From NCBI GenBank assembly GCA_002633005.1, contig NMRA01000221.1:436290-500289 (forward strand): a stretch of 64,000 nt of DNA, given 5' to 3'. The notes below the pieces were generated by a model that was not told the origin of the DNA, ran no database searches, and saw nothing but the letters and a program-made list of their open reading frames with translations. The number at the start of each line of letters is the position of its first letter. Positions within the stretch are counted from its first letter, which is position 1. The translations under genes were made by a program, and so were the position numbers. Below are positions 50,601 through 64,000 of the stretch, one piece after another. The DNA is from Phoronis australis (taxonomy: Eukaryota; Animalia; Phoronida).

Positions 50601-50882
50601 AATTATGAGATAAGTGTATTTGATTTTGTGATTGATTACTTAATGAGTACCTTAGTCTAATTTTCCTCATGACAAATCCTTCCACACTTCGCTACGCACA
50701 ATCTTAAACACAGTCTTGTCCTGTTGCAGGTGTTTTTCTTCAAGGCTCAGTATAATTGTGGACATATTGCACTCAATGACCCTCAGGTAACGGACTTCTT
50801 GTGGGTAAAAAAACAAGACTTGCATAAATATGTTCCTGATCGGTATATGGATGTTATTGACGACTTTGTGCTGGACATTTAG
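41688..50882 (+). CDS. MRPL46: Mitochondrial large ribosomal subunit protein mL46, about 276 aa, 6 exons
   Basis: Phase-consistent GT-AG exons: 41688-41754, 45627-45837, 47470-47603, 48904-49046, 50117-50239, 50730-50882. Arg-rich presequence MASSMRLFF. Family motifs: WQLMTAVCLERYPVV..ELEGSLLADHELR, LIVRQKLG..WVLPQ..SMRE|SAE, FMGNAPCG..Y.YP, AK|VFFFKA, DFLWV. Confidence 0.93.
41862..43239 (-). mobile_element. Same TRIM insertion; copy 2, with a longer internal region containing an N gap
   Basis: LTRs at 41862-42010 and 43091-43239. CAGG TSD at 41858-41861 and 43240-43243. PBS TGGCGTAGTCAGCA and PPT both present. Confidence 0.85.
43303..44145 (+). pseudogene. tatD: Decayed intronless TatD-family nuclease
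   Basis: Motifs occur in TatD order across stops and frameshifts: AVDSHFHMD*, GGVAVF(C)DP, AIGIHPK, IVAIGELGLE, LVFHL, IHLQCFS, FPNMYFGF, VPLSRLL-DTDSP. Confidence 0.85.
44220..44668 (+). mobile_element. Probable 3' LTR (449 bp) of the TatD-bearing element
   Basis: Preceded by a G-run at 44207-44218 (PPT-like, with an N at 44219). Ends TGTGTT...AACACA form a 6-bp inverted repeat. TATA-like TATATAAA inside. No second LTR copy in the window. Confidence 0.45.
47629..47855. repeat. About 35-bp minisatellite at the start of MRPL46 intron 3
   Basis: Unit TATGGTCTACAGGTGTGGTAAGGTATATAGATATC, about 6 copies. Confidence 0.9.
49615..50030. repeat. Degenerate ~20-bp tandem repeat interrupted by MITE A
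   Basis: Units like CCGTGAGATATTGCGAGTG occur on both sides of 49686-49898. Confidence 0.55.
49686..49898. mobile_element. MITE family A in MRPL46 intron 4
   Basis: TIRs present. Flanks TATTG and TATCG. Confidence 0.8.
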
Positions 50883-53800
50883 AGCGTCATGGAGGGAGGA
50901 GTGTTGTGATTGTGGGAGAATTTCTCTGTTGGGTGTCAGCGTCACATGTGTACGAACTTACTGAAGTAGTTGCTCGAACCATTGATATCACGTTTACTGT
51001 TGACCGACGAAGTGATGGAGCACCAGTGATGTCATTAGCTGAACAACGTGTCCCTGGATGACCTGCTGGATATTGAATCAAGCGGCATACTTTGGAAGAT
51101 CTCTTAGTGCACTCAGTTGTTAAGTGGTTGCCAACGGTGACGTCAAGATAAATCAGATGACTTTGGCGTAGACTTAAGGGGCTTGAATGGGGCCACGCCC
51201 CTTCCGTTCATTGCAAAGATTGTTTGGACATACATGAACTTGCACAGAAACTTTGATATACATCTTGTTTGCGTCCCCCTGTTGGAGAGTGGGAGAAACT
51301 GTTATTGGAAGACTTCACTCTACTTAGTTAGTAATGCATAGTGGTTGCATCCATCATTCCCTGCTGTAGAGTGTGACCTATCTGAGAAATTTTGTCTTCC
51401 TCAGACTCTCCAAAACATACATCTGTAAGTTTTTTCAACTGGTGCTTTATTTATGAGGAAAACCCATTCGATGGCGATTTGGAGAAAAATAAAATCCATG
51501 TTACCGGTATTTAAGTGTGACGTTTTTTGAACTTAAGTCAGTTAGATACAACCTCTGTAGTAACAACATGTAGCAGTATTTTGTGGTGTCAATTATGGAC
51601 AACTCTCTACAAGCAATGCTGACGAATAGCATAAAGAACTGCCCTCTAGTGGATGATGGAAAATTTGCTTTATGCAAAACACCTGGGGACCGTTTTACCA
51701 AAAGATGCAAGTTCTGTAGTGGTGGAGATTGTTGCAGGCACAATACTGCAAATGCCACGCCGCATTTTTAGAAGAGCAAAAACATTGCAAGTATTTTTTT
51801 TGTTCTTACCATTTACTGCATTAATATGCAATTTAAAAATTAGAACCATCTTTGGTAACATTGGACTTACGACTTTTGATGAAAGGTGCTTCGCAGTCTC
51901 TATGTTCTGACCTCCAGAGGGTAAACAGTCCATAGACAGGGTTGGAAGTCCATACATTGAAAGTGTAGAATTAAGCCATACATATCTTCACACTCCAGTT
52001 GAACATCAAATATTAATCTGCACACGTAGAAGTTGCGTCCTTTGAACGCATTTATTTGCAGTAATAATAAGGCAAATGTAACTGCACAGAAATCGAGTCC
52101 TTCGACAGAACTTATTTATTTGAAGATTCGATGTTTTGCTGTTTGCTTGTCACTTGGCCATTTGCATTTTTGTGAACTGTGAACTGAAGCACTCATTTGG
52201 TTGATTAGCTGGCATACATATCACTGTGTGACATCATCAGGTTAAAAACTGAGATTACAAGATGGCAGACGATTTGATTTGTAGTTAGAGAAAGGTTTAA
52301 AGAAGTGAAATATAATGGGTGAGACGGTTTGCGGTTCCCTAAATGTGTCGAGGAAATTTGATTTAGTTAGTACTTCCATGCAGAACAAGTATTTTCCTCC
52401 CATTCTTATGGTTTATGTCCATTTCACAAATCTGTGAAAAGTGCTTCGATGGCCTTTCAGCTCTGTCTAAAAGCTGGATATTGGCTTAACCCCACCTCTG
52501 CAATACTCGTGGACATTGCAAAGAACTTGTGAAATGCTTTTTCTAAATATTTTGAAAAATAATTGTAAAAGGTTTTTTTCGCAAGTGAGTCCACTCTATG
52601 TTAGTCACTATTTTTGTGTTGGCTTGGCAGATAGGATGTCAGAAAACGGCAATAGAGGGAGCTGCTTCAAGCTGAACTCTGAAAAAGTTTTGAGTGGCCA
52701 TGAAAAGCTTTGCTTAGGGAATTATTGTAATAAGTTTCCTGACAGCCTTAAAATAACGTCCCCTTCACCATACTCCATACTAACTGACAGGGAATTATTC
52801 ATTTACGATTGACTATGGTTTTGAGAACTTTGGCAAAAATTCCCCTTTCAATTTGTATACGTTGGGTGTGTCAAAGCGAGCCTCTGTGTGGTCTGCTGAC
52901 AAATCACTACCTTTCCAATGGTTTGTGTTATTGGCACGCTCAGTACTTCACCAATTTGGAACGCTGTTAAAGAGGAGTAGACGGAAAACTCATTGCATGC
53001 AGCAAGCAAACGTAGGTCAAATTCCAACTAAAATATAACAACTGTGCATGGAAACGATGGTTTAAACTCTGCTTGGTCCGAAGAATATCTGTGTTAATTT
53101 TCGAGTGCTTGCATTCCACATAAAAACTCGAAAAGAGTTCTAACCAATAGCAACCTGTCGCTATACAGTTGTCACGATGAAACATAGTTTCCCAATGGTA
53201 ACACTGTTATTTCCTGTAGCGCTTACAGACATTAATCGAAATTTATACAAGCAATCAGGTTAACATGAAAAGGGCGTTTCATGGTCGGGGTCTAGAGAAA
53301 CTGGAGAACCTTATACTCCAGAGAATGGCTGGACACACTTTTTGCCTTAGAAACATTTTATGTCTTGACGTTTTTTGGTTACCACGAATGGTAATGATTA
53401 CCACTGAGCTGGGCTCACGCTTTATTTAGCGAGTTTGATGTTGCCTCCAGTAAGAGGCAGAGTGTGGGTAAATACACGGGGTAGAGTTCTGTGTGTCTGT
53501 GATAAAAGGCCAACAAATTAGGTTTTGATTTTTTCGTCAACTTTTTCGTCAGAGTATCACTGAAAGTGAAGCTATGTGTCATTCAATTCTGGTGGCCATT
53601 TTTTTGATGCATCGCCTGAAATTCAAAAATAAAATTCATGATTGTGTATTTAGTTCTGTTGGTCTTGAAAGCGATTAATGGGATGATGAAAACGCAACAA
53701 TTGGGAAGAAGTTTCAGGGCTTGGAATTTTCCTCTTTTAAGAAGATTTCCTCGTTTTTGGTTTTGATTTCCTCTTATTTGATTGCCAGTTTCCTCTTTTT

Positions 53801-56755
53801 TCGTCTCTTTTTGTCATTATTTTGACTTTATCCATGCAAAAACGTTTATTTCAGAAAAATTTTACGTCACACAAAAATATTTCCATCACACAAACCTATG
53901 TATTTGTGGAGCGACACATCACCTGGAAATTTTTTTCACTGACTGGGTTATTAAAACTATTTTCATGAAACTTTTACGTAAAATGAAGCGTAAACGGTTC
54001 GTTTTCAGGTTAGGAACTTAACATTCATGTTTTATGTCGTTATTGACAAATCGGCGTATTTAGTTATCTCTACAAAACTATATTTTAACTTGGTGAAAGT
54101 CTGTATTTTCGGTAAGTTTAAAGTATGTAGATTTTTCACTTTTTACCAATTTGCCGTTAACTGGGTCACGTGACCGTGTCTTTTATTAGAAATGTACATT
54201 AGTAGCAACGCATCTGTATTAATAACGTGATCAAACTTTATTTCAAATTAATGTTCAAGGTGAGATCTCAATAACTTTCCTACAATTTTATAAAATATTT
54301 TGTTTTCGTTTTCGTTTTATGCAACTTTTAAGTTAAAAACTTAAAAGTTTTTTTTGCAGAAATCATAAAAGTCCCGGTTTTGATAGCTCCTCGTGCAAAA
54401 GTGGTACATTTTAAAACAATTTCTTGCAAACTGTTTTGGAAAACAGTGCATTGACCGTAGTATCGGAACGTTCCATACGAATCTGATCAGTCATTTCTGA
54501 GACATGATGTACCGAAGATAGTCACATGACCGACATACCGCCGTAACATGCGCTGTACTTTGTGTCTATGAAGTATATCGTGAAGCGAACGAAATTTTAA
54601 CTTAAAACGCCACACTAAATTTTGCATTGAGTATTGTGTTTCCTTTCATATTTCATATCAGCTTCCCTCTATTGTAAAACTATTACCGCGTCATTAATTG
54701 TTTGTATATGAAAGCAGTAGACTTATTTTGGACCTCGTTTCACTTGTCGTATTGAAGACATTAGTTTTAATGCAAGGGTAAAGTCAAGCGGAAAGAATTT
54801 GTCCCCATTGAAAGTGAAGGGCTGTAAAAACATACACTCTTTGCATAGAGTAGTTATCCGTTCGTGTAAAAACATACACGCCGTATTGCTTGGCTCTAGT
54901 TCATATTTGTTTTAGTTTCACTGTTCAAAAGATTCGACTGGCAGTGGGGCATGTATTTGCAGAGAAAAGGCATCCATTATCTCTCCATGTCTTGATGTAC
55001 AAGCAAAAGTAAATACGAGTGAATCTCTGGTCTGTGTTCCGGTTGTTAGGATCGATTCGTTTGCAAGGGTGCGCTATTTACCTGTGTTGTCGGTAGCGTG
55101 TTAGCCTCGTCGTTGTTACGCCGAAGTGAAAAAAAAAACTTAGTTGAGCTGATCGATCAAATTATCGCCGCCGTGAGGAACTCATGTATACATATCATGT
55201 CGAGTAAGTATTATACACGTCTATAAAGTACTACAATAAATGTGTCAGTATGCCAGTTCTTTGTTAAGTATTTTAATAAATTTCTTATGCCGGATTTCGT
55301 AACGTGGGAGAAATTGAATTTGCTATTTATGAAATTGGAACTAAGTTGCCTTGGGGGTTCGTGTGAGGACTATTCAATTTCACAGCTATGTTTCGATAAA
55401 TAAAAGAAATTTGATAAGGACAAATATCTGGTCAACGCGAACAATTCTGACTGCGGTGCGGAAGGGTTTGTTATGGGGGAAGGCTTGTCGTTGTCCCACT
55501 GTACATTGCATGCTGTAATATTTCAATACTTTAATAAAGCCCATGTGAACATCGAAAAAATCTTTTTTGGTAGTCCATATCGTCACGGAACTTGACATTT
55601 TTCAGTTTTCACTTCGTGATGGAAGTAATTATTGAGGGTCATTGTTGGACGGCTCGTTTCATCTTACGTTGGCAAATGAATGTGTTGGTGACGCTCCCGA
55701 AGAAGTGATCAGTGCAAAAATGTTGATTTATAGTCGCTGTTAATTGTTATTCAGCAAAATGTACAAAGTCTGTAGTTGCTCGTTATCTAACGGTCGCAAG
55801 GTGACCGCGTCACGGTCTTGGATTGCCACTTGAGAAGAGATAGTCAAGACAAACACACTGCTGCACAATCGTTACACAGAAAATCGAACCTTGTCCGCGT
55901 CTACTCGATTATATGTTTTATCGATAAAATTACTGTTTGAATGATTACTCATACTGATTTTTAATGACTCGGAGTTCACTTTTTCAGACTTCGGCCCATC
56001 TGTTTAGTCAAGGTGCGGGAGAAGGCCGAGGAATAGCCACTGAAACGTACACGTTTGAATTTTTCTATACTCGTACGACCATTTGTTGTACAATAAACGC
56101 ATTTTTTAGGTTTAATTAGTCAAACGTCGAAACTTTGTCTTTCCAGTAATCTCCTTACTAATTAGTATATTACGAGTACAGATTTTGTCACGAATTTTCC
56201 ACACCTTCATTATTTTCTGGTTTCTCGTTATTGTCGAGCCTGTACACACCTGGCATTCTGCTACGCAAAACCCAAACTAAGGCAGTTGTCGTCAATTAGA
56301 TTTTAATCCCCTAAGAAATGATATACGTTTGAGATTCAAAATCAATTAACGAACTGGATTAATCGTTACCGTGGGCCGTGAACGTCTCTGCCCCTGGATA
56401 GAGTGGTAAATCAGATTTGGCTGGTGTTTGTGATGAGTAGCACTTTGTTTTGCAACCCCACACAGGACTCCCGATCACAAGCAATTCCGTTGAAAACTAT
56501 TGAATAACAAAAATTGGATATAATTTCTTTTTAAATACCCTGACATTGCCGTTACTAAATTATTTAGAAGCTAGTTGTGAGCTTAGTGACGGTAACTTAA
56601 ATCCAACGACATTGATTGGAAGGTTGTGATGCCTTTAGAAAAAAAAAACATTCGTAACACCCGTATTTCTTAGTTTGAACAGTAAAAGAAAACTAAATAA
56701 ATAGTAAAATAAGATATTGTGTCCTCGTTATTTTTTCTTGCAGATATAAAGTGAT

Positions 56756-59700
56756 ATGGCTATGATAGCGACACAGTCTAACAACGCGGCATCATCGCCG
56801 TCGCATCTGGATCCAGGGAACAACTCCACCAGTCTTTCACAGCTGAAAGAGTTCGATTTTGCGGAACTCGACGTCATTAAAAATATCGAATCTCCGAACA
56901 ATAAAGCCGCAGTTATCAAAAGCAGTCGACATTTGAACGGCAGACGATCACCACAGTATGATGGAACGCGCAAGGAAACAACGCTCTCACAGTTGCAGAC
57001 GACAGCCTTAGTGGCGCCAAAACCTACGGAGATAGGAGCAGCTTTAGGGTCGAAACAATACAGTAAAATGACGTTTCGCCCTTCGTGGCCTGATGATGAA
57101 CCACGCTTACCAGGTACGAACTTGAGTTTAGCTCGCCGGCTGGATCCTGCGGTGAAAGCGGCAAACGTTTTGCCTAAACGCGGTTCGTTGGTTCGTAGGG
57201 ACACGTTTATTCCTAGGCGTAAGAATTCAATTCACAAGGATCGTGTTTTTATGAAAGTCGGTAATAAATTTGAACCAGCGCATTCAGACGAGAGTGACGA
57301 TGACTTGAGACCCTTACAAGAACAACCAACGACAAAACTGAGGAAACGCTTTTCTTTTCTGAGTCAAAGACAGAATGGGGAAGAAGTCCCGAACATCAGA
57401 CTGGGGCGTCACAACTCGAGGAGACTGTCCCGCTACCTCATCACACAAGGACTTCACTCAAGTATCCCGGATGTACAAAAGGGTGCAGAGGACGACGAAC
57501 AAACAAAACGCGAAATCAGGGTGAGTTTTTTTATCGTCTCGAGTTTAAAATGACAAAACCAGCCAGAAAATAGCTTTTTTGAGATGAGGCCTAAAACGGA
57601 TTAGAACTCACAACTTCTGCCGTCACAGTCTGACTTTCTTTTAGTGGACCTTAACCCCATTCGGCTATAAGACGAGTGTTTTAAAGTAATTTTACAGAAA
57701 TTGACAGCGCAGCGCGAAATCGAGCCCACAAACAGAGCAACCCAATATCTCTCACTGGAGTCAAATCCCACCCGGTGTGAAACTGCAGAACTATTTTAAA
57801 ACGTGTAAGACACCAATTTTGATTAGTGAATGTGTAGCAGACAATGTCGAGAATTGTCGATTTGAAACAAAGTCACAAAAAACGCAACTGATTTTATTGT
57901 TCTGTTGTTTTATAGCTCTGATCCAAGCTTACAATTTCAAGTTTAACAATACACAAATAATCCCAAAATAACGCTTTTCGGAGCCAAAAACAACGACGTC
58001 TCTTTAAGTCTATTAGGTATTTCAGCGAATTAGAAGAGATTTTAACTAAAATTATGCTGTAGGAAACTAAAATGAACTGAGCTGGCTAATGTTCGGACGC
58101 TTGGAATATCTGTCAAGATTTGAAAATGGCATCTTCATGAAAAATATGCGGCAGTGACGATTCGCTGAATAAACTGAAGTTTGTCGATTACATTTCATTA
58201 GCATCTTTTAAAAGTGGGCGTGAACTACTTTGGTACTAGTATTAGAGAACCCAAGCGACATATTTTATTCATAAAGTTATACATACAAGCTCGATATACT
58301 CGGCTCAAACTAGTAGTATCTGTCGAAAACAGTTTATTTCGCTTCAGTAGTCTCTTCACTTGTTTTCAAATTGTGGAGAGCCAAAGGTACAAACATTTAC
58401 TTCGCCGAGTTTTAATTATGTCTGCTGCATGATTGGACAAAATTGTAGAAGTACTGTTTATGGATATTACAGTTTTAATACCAACGGCAGTCATAAGGAC
58501 CATATTTTCCTCTGGTTGCTAAAATGAAGCCCAAGGCGTTAAACTGACCACTGATGCTATGGCAACGCGCCATAACCCTTGTCACTTTTCCCACCTCGCT
58601 ATAACTAGCTTGCTTCAGAAAGTATAACTCTTTTTTTTTCTTCGTTGGATAAATTTTCGTGTCTGGCTTTCCAAACTGGAGAGTTTGAACATGACACGTC
58701 TAAACTTTGTCCTCCACACGGAAAATAATTCTACATGAGCAATGGAACAAAAATGAAATCTCGCTGAAATAACATCATCATCGATTCTATAATGACTCAG
58801 CTTGCTGGAGAGGTGTATACAATAATAACACCAGTCACGTCGCTTTGTAATATTATCGACCACTTTAAGGCTGTTTACACTATAATTGTGTCCGTCTCAA
58901 ATATAATTTAGTTAATTAAGTACAGGCAAACAAACTTTCATTATCGTCGTAATGCACTATTTTTATCCATTTTCAAGATTGATGGAAAAATTACGTTTAT
59001 CCACATAGATAAGAAGATGAATCGCCCGTGTCCATGATTGAAATCACTCATTCGCAGTTAATCCGTTGATCCTGCGACTTCATTTATTTATAAACTGAAC
59101 CAAAGTCTATTCCAGTCATACAAGTTCTACCTGCCAAATACGAAATTATGGGTAAACAACGCGCTTTGGTGTTATCACTTTTATTGTGAGAAGTGCTTTG
59201 TGTTTTACGGGATCTTTCGTTACATTTGTATCATGTTGTGTTGCTTTTGGTCACAAAAATAAACAAAGTTAACGATATCACCTAACAGTATGATATGACC
59301 TTCCCCTTGGGAGGTGGAAATTATTCAGGTACATAAATATTTTAAATTTGGTTAAAGTCGTTGGAAAATTCACTTTTGAATCACAGTTCCCATGCTTTCT
59401 CGGCCTCCCTCTTCCAACAGTCGTGGGCCCGGGTTCTAATCTTTTTACTCGAAATGGAACTCGAAATGATGTTTGGCATTTACTACTCTACTTTTGTGCG
59501 AACTCAAGGTAAGTTTCTATTATCCTATGCTCGAGTACATGATGATTTACGTGGATAATTTATTAGTCCTTATTTGCTGTTGATAAACCAACATTAAGGC
59601 TAAAAGTTTGAGTTTGAACTCGACATTTCGAGTTTTCACTCGAGTTTGAATCACGAATGTAAGGGTCATCAAGTGCAAACTTGGACTAGAAACTCATATG

Positions 59701-62700
59701 CGTAAACTATAATGTATTCGAACACAGTCTAATAACCGCTTATCTTGAGTTCGCTCTAAAGTAGTAGAGAAATTCCCAAAAATGATTTCGAGTTCGTTTC
59801 TAGTACAAAGATTAGAGACCGGGCGCTGGAGTCGGTTTCATTAAAAATGACTTCAGAGAGAAATTTGATCTGACGCTTCACATAACTATTACTGAAAAAT
59901 AACTACAACTCACTTTAGCAAACCAATAAAGCATCTGAGAACATACCCAGGCTTATTGGGAAAATGTGTACAAATTATTTCCAGGCTGTTGCATGCTAAT
60001 AATTACATGACGTGTCCTTTATGTGGCACCCGTGAAGTGATAGCGTAAGACCAAATTTCGATGTTAAGTCTTTTAAAGTCTTTTTTCATGAAAAAGACCC
60101 TTGCACTATAAAAAATGTATTGTGATTATCGTCATGCATACATCGAGTGGCAATGGAACACTCTTTTCAGGCGGACATTAGGAAAAAGTTCCGAGCGGCA
60201 GGCTTTATGGCGATCTTCTCAGCTAGACTTGCCATGGCCTACGTGCGGTGAGTGCTCTTCTGTTTCTGAAAAACAACAACTGTACACCCTTTGTCTACAG
60301 CACTGTGGCTTCACCTATGATGTGCTTAGGTTTTTCAGCAATAAGATGCGGAATACGATATATTGAATGTAGCTGAAGTTTATAATGTCTTCAAACGCAT
60401 GTGATACACTGCTAAAAACGAAAAACAAAACATCGACTGATAAAGATTTAATAATCTATACAAACGATTTTCATCAGCTGGTATTTTATTTAACCTATAT
60501 GGAGGGATAATTGAAATGATAACATGCGGCCTAGTAATATCCAGCGAACCTATACAACATCTTTTTGTTTCAACAGCACCACTACCGAAAACGACATTTC
60601 GCCATTTGTGAAGCAAATTAAGTTTAAGGACGAAGAGACGAAATTAGACCTCCTCGACGATTCCCCCTATTCTTTCGACCCTGCCAGGTTCAAGGCTAAC
60701 CGTGACGTAAGTTAAGAACTGCAGTAGACTAAGTTTCCACAGAGGGTGTTGCCGGGTCTAGGTTTTGTGAGGTGTACTGTTTCTTTCAGTCAGACGTCTT
60801 ACAAAATACTCTAATCAGCGTCTGGCTGGGGTCTCTCTCACGGAAGGATGGATATGGGCTTGCTGCCAACTTAGGTGGTCGGGGCATTTTGCCTTCTTGG
60901 CATCATCTGGGTGATTGTTTTGGCTCCTTAGTGTCGCAAAGTATCGTTTTTGGCAGGAAAATTTTGCCATAATTATCCTTGAAATTTTTAAGTTAAATTC
61001 TTATTTATTTATTATCTGTCACTAAAGACAATGTGCCTGTTACCCCGTTCACATGTTGGCTATCACTTTTGCTAGCAGCAAAAACGTCAGTAATGTGAAC
61101 GACGTTTTGCTGGAGGTTTGAGATACCCCAAAACTACTGGCGCTGGAGCGAGCACTTTTGCAGACCGATTTAGAATTAAGAGGCAGTTGTTTTATCGTCC
61201 TGACGGCAGAAAGTGGGCGTGGTTTGAAATTGATTTTCGCTTAGAAGCAATTGGGGTGGTGAGGAAACAAACTAACTGCGAGCGAAATAGTTCTTCGGCT
61301 TGCATTTTCGCCACTCAAATGTGAACCTAGTTGTAGTTTAAGTGTGACCATTTGATGGCTTCAGATCTGATTACATGACATATTATACCGCCGATCTCTG
61401 TAGGAATTACATGTACTTGTATTCTCAGAATTAATTATCATTTCAGATGAGAATCTCAGAAGAAACGAGGCGGATTCTGTGTAAACCCCCCTGGACACGA
61501 ACACCGAGAGAAGTCTATCATGTCAGTTTGTTACTTGATAATTTTTATTCTGTACCAACACCTGTAGCGTGCAGAGGTTTGGTGATGCCCGGGGCGAGTT
61601 TTTATTAGATGCCCCCCTCTCTACCCAACTGCATGGACTCTAGTGATAAGTAAAGTAGAAGGGCGAAACATAAAATAGAAGCTTTTTTCAATTTAACTGC
61701 AAATCAATCACAATTTCCGGAAGTTTATTCGTAATGGTTGAATGCACCCTCGATTGGGATGTCCCCTGATGTGGAGGCTCGGAGCCGTAGGCCTTACACC
61801 GCGTCGTCCCGGCCCCTCCCCCCGGCCCCCTGCCCCCCTTCTGCACGCTACTGAGCAATAGGTTACCCCTCAGTGATTTTGATATTTATTATAATTGCAG
61901 AATGAAATTCAAAGTAAAGTGGAAATATCATCTATTTATAAAATGTGTAACCAGGAAATGTGCAGGTACCCGATTGCAGTCAACATATACCGAAAATTAG
62001 CAACCTGGAGTTCCTTTCCAATCCTTTCAGCGAATTACAATTATTAGCATGCGCGCACCCAGGGGGGACTCGGGGGGCTCGAACAAGCCCTCCCATTTGG
62101 CGAAGTGGGCAAAAGGGTCCGACCCCGAAACACAAAAAGTCCGAAAAAATGGGACAAAATTCCACTAAATAATCGCAAACGCGCGCTTCACAGTGGTGCT
62201 TCGGTTTTTTTTTAGTCCTCCCGCTCTTTTGTTAGCAAAAGGTCCACAACAACAGGATTTCGAGCCCCCCCCATATAAAAGGCTGGGTGCGCGCATGATT
62301 AGCACGTTTCATCTGAAATAGAGTTCTTTAAAGTATGCCTTCATAGCGTATTAGCGAAGGAATCATAAGTTTCCATGACTGAACTTTTCTTTTCCATCAA
62401 AGTGAACTCGTATATTCAGCGATTCACATCTACTTTTACATTGATTTTATAAATCTGCGGCACCAAAAACGACTTTCTTTTATTCACAATAGAGGGCGGT
62501 TAGGTCATATTGACCGTGGGCTGGGATGAGCGATGAGAGACACTGTAGAGGTGTTTTTGTAGGTTGAAGTCCTGCTCAGAGACATCAAAGCATACGCCGA
62601 TTATCCAGTGGGAATGCAAAGGAAAATAGCAGAGGTCGGACAATATAGAAAGTGAGTAGGACCTTTTGTAGTATGCCAGTAGGTGTTGTGTCGGCGTTTA

Positions 62701-64000
62701 TAGCATTGGGGAGCCTTCATTTGCTTAAAAATATCGCAATCGGTGCAGTCTATTATACTCCGTCATGAAATTATTGTTTTGTGTTTATGGTCTAAAACTC
62801 TATAATAAATTAACCCTTGTGTCGATCTCAGCTAGTGTCATCTCTGTGGCTGCGATACTGAGAAACAAAGGTTTTTCTTCAGAGCCTCGTAATAGTGGGC
62901 TTTAAAAAATACTTTTTTTGTTTTCGTTAGTTCAGAACACAAAATGAGTTTGTAAAGCTTACGATATCACTAAAACAGGAACACCTGGTGAATAAAGCAG
63001 TTCGTGATCTGTGTTTTCTATATTCAGTTTTAAGCATACGAAAATGATCTGTGTCATTCATGTCCCTCGTTATTTGGTAGCGACCACCAAAGTTTGATAA
63101 GTTCAACTTCAAATTTTTTTCTGATTAAACCCTCCTCATTACGTAGATGTCTCCGACATATATCGTCGTAACAAAGACAATTTGTTTTAAATTCCGTTGA
63201 TGACATTTTAAATAAAAAAAATCTTCAGCGATTTTCGTTGTATGGAGTGCTGAATAAAACGACAATAGAAGTTAATAAAAAGTTAGTCGTACTCATTTCT
63301 ATGTAGCACTACATCGCAACAACTTACTTCGACATTTAGAAATATTTGAAGCGGCTGTAAAGCCACGTTCTGTCCAAGAATCGTACTTGTAATGATATCG
63401 CGTAATCCTTCTGTAACATTGGTGTCAGTCTGTCCTTTACTCAAGATGAACAGAGTCTTAGCGTCTTCCGGGTTCGCGAAGAACTGACAGTTCGCTATTC
63501 CTCGAAGACCACTGATGCTTTTTGGCACATAAAATGACACAAGCCAACTTGCTTGGTATTGTGTCTTAAGCAATAACGAACTGTCCGTTTCTCGTAGAGC
63601 TTATATTGTCTTTTGACGTTGGACTAAAAATCGGTCTTCAGATGTCGTAGCCTGTTTCACTAAATCGACTAAAAGTCACAAAATCTGTCTATAACTCGAA
63701 GCCAAAAGACAGAAAACAGTAACCTGCTTGGGAGCGGACTAAAAGCCGAGGACAAAGCACAAAAAACAAATTTTGATTAGAAACTCTTTGAGAAATAGGC
63801 TCCTGGTTTCACCTCCAGTTTGACAAAGGATCCATTTGCGACCAATTTCGTGTAAATTAATTAAGTCAAATCTCTATTTTTGTCATGGAAGGTGTGTCGT
63901 CTGCTTACATTGATGCGCGTTGTAACTGCAGGTACAACGCCAAGAGAGTGATCGTTCGAGAAGGCCACGTGGCCAACAATTTCTACTTCATTCTATCGGG
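56756..64000 (+). CDS. CNBD2: Cyclic nucleotide-binding domain protein, CNBD2-like; 5' part only, continues beyond the window
   Basis: Phase-consistent exons: 56756-57520, 60171-60247, 60577-60706, 61447-61521, 62563-62651, 63932 to the window end. Translation includes KKFRAAG, SFDPARFKANRD|MRISEETRRILCKPPWTRT..|..AYADYPVGMQRKIA and RVIVREGHVANNFYFILSG (start of a cNMP-binding domain). In-frame TAA just upstream of the ATG. Candidate 5'UTR exon donor at 55204. Confidence 0.8.
59426..59825. mobile_element. MITE family C
   Basis: Colinear with 29609-30009 over about 400 bp. Confidence 0.8.
61562..61853. mobile_element. MITE with CTGTAGCGTGCAGA / TCTGCACGCTACTG ends
   Basis: 14-bp TIR with one mismatch. 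No clear TSD. Confidence 0.6.
62048..62297. mobile_element. MITE family A in an intron of the CNBD2-like gene
   Basis: Perfect CATGCGCGCACCCAG TIRs. TSD ATTAG. Confidence 0.9.

Noticed and set aside
60535-60576. Upstream extension of the CNBD2-like exon suggested by the ORF track
   Set aside because: The acceptor at 60576 has a much better pyrimidine tract and the same phase.
63283-63573. 96-aa minus-strand ORF in an intron of the CNBD2-like gene
   Set aside because: No recognisable family and a non-ATG start.

Overview
Animal (invertebrate-type) draft-genome sequence that is AT-rich and intron-containing, with N gaps. Four protein-coding genes can be spliced by hand. (1) A 6-exon shavenoid-like type I membrane protein (+, 9366-15289) with one GC-AG intron. 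(2) An intronless BTG1/2-like gene (-, 32453-32956) with an immediate-early-type promoter (CRE, CArG, kappaB-like, CCAAT). (3) MRPL46 (+, 41688-50882). (4) The 5' part of a CNBD2-like cyclic-nucleotide-binding protein (+, 56756 to beyond the window end). Two tandem duplications joined at a single N (20176-24149 and 36395-45062) look like uncollapsed haplotypes. Many small non-autonomous TIR elements are present. The most unusual region is MRPL46 intron 1. It holds a miniature LTR retroelement whose 149-bp LTRs contain a tRNA-like A/B-box cassette (tRNA-Ser-type PBS, PPT, 4-bp TSD; Helenus-like). This element sits at the 5' end of a decayed, intronless TatD nuclease ORF that is followed by a G-run PPT and a probable 449-bp LTR, which suggests an LTR retrotransposon carrying TatD as cargo. 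All gene and family assignments come from manual motif recognition, not database searches.
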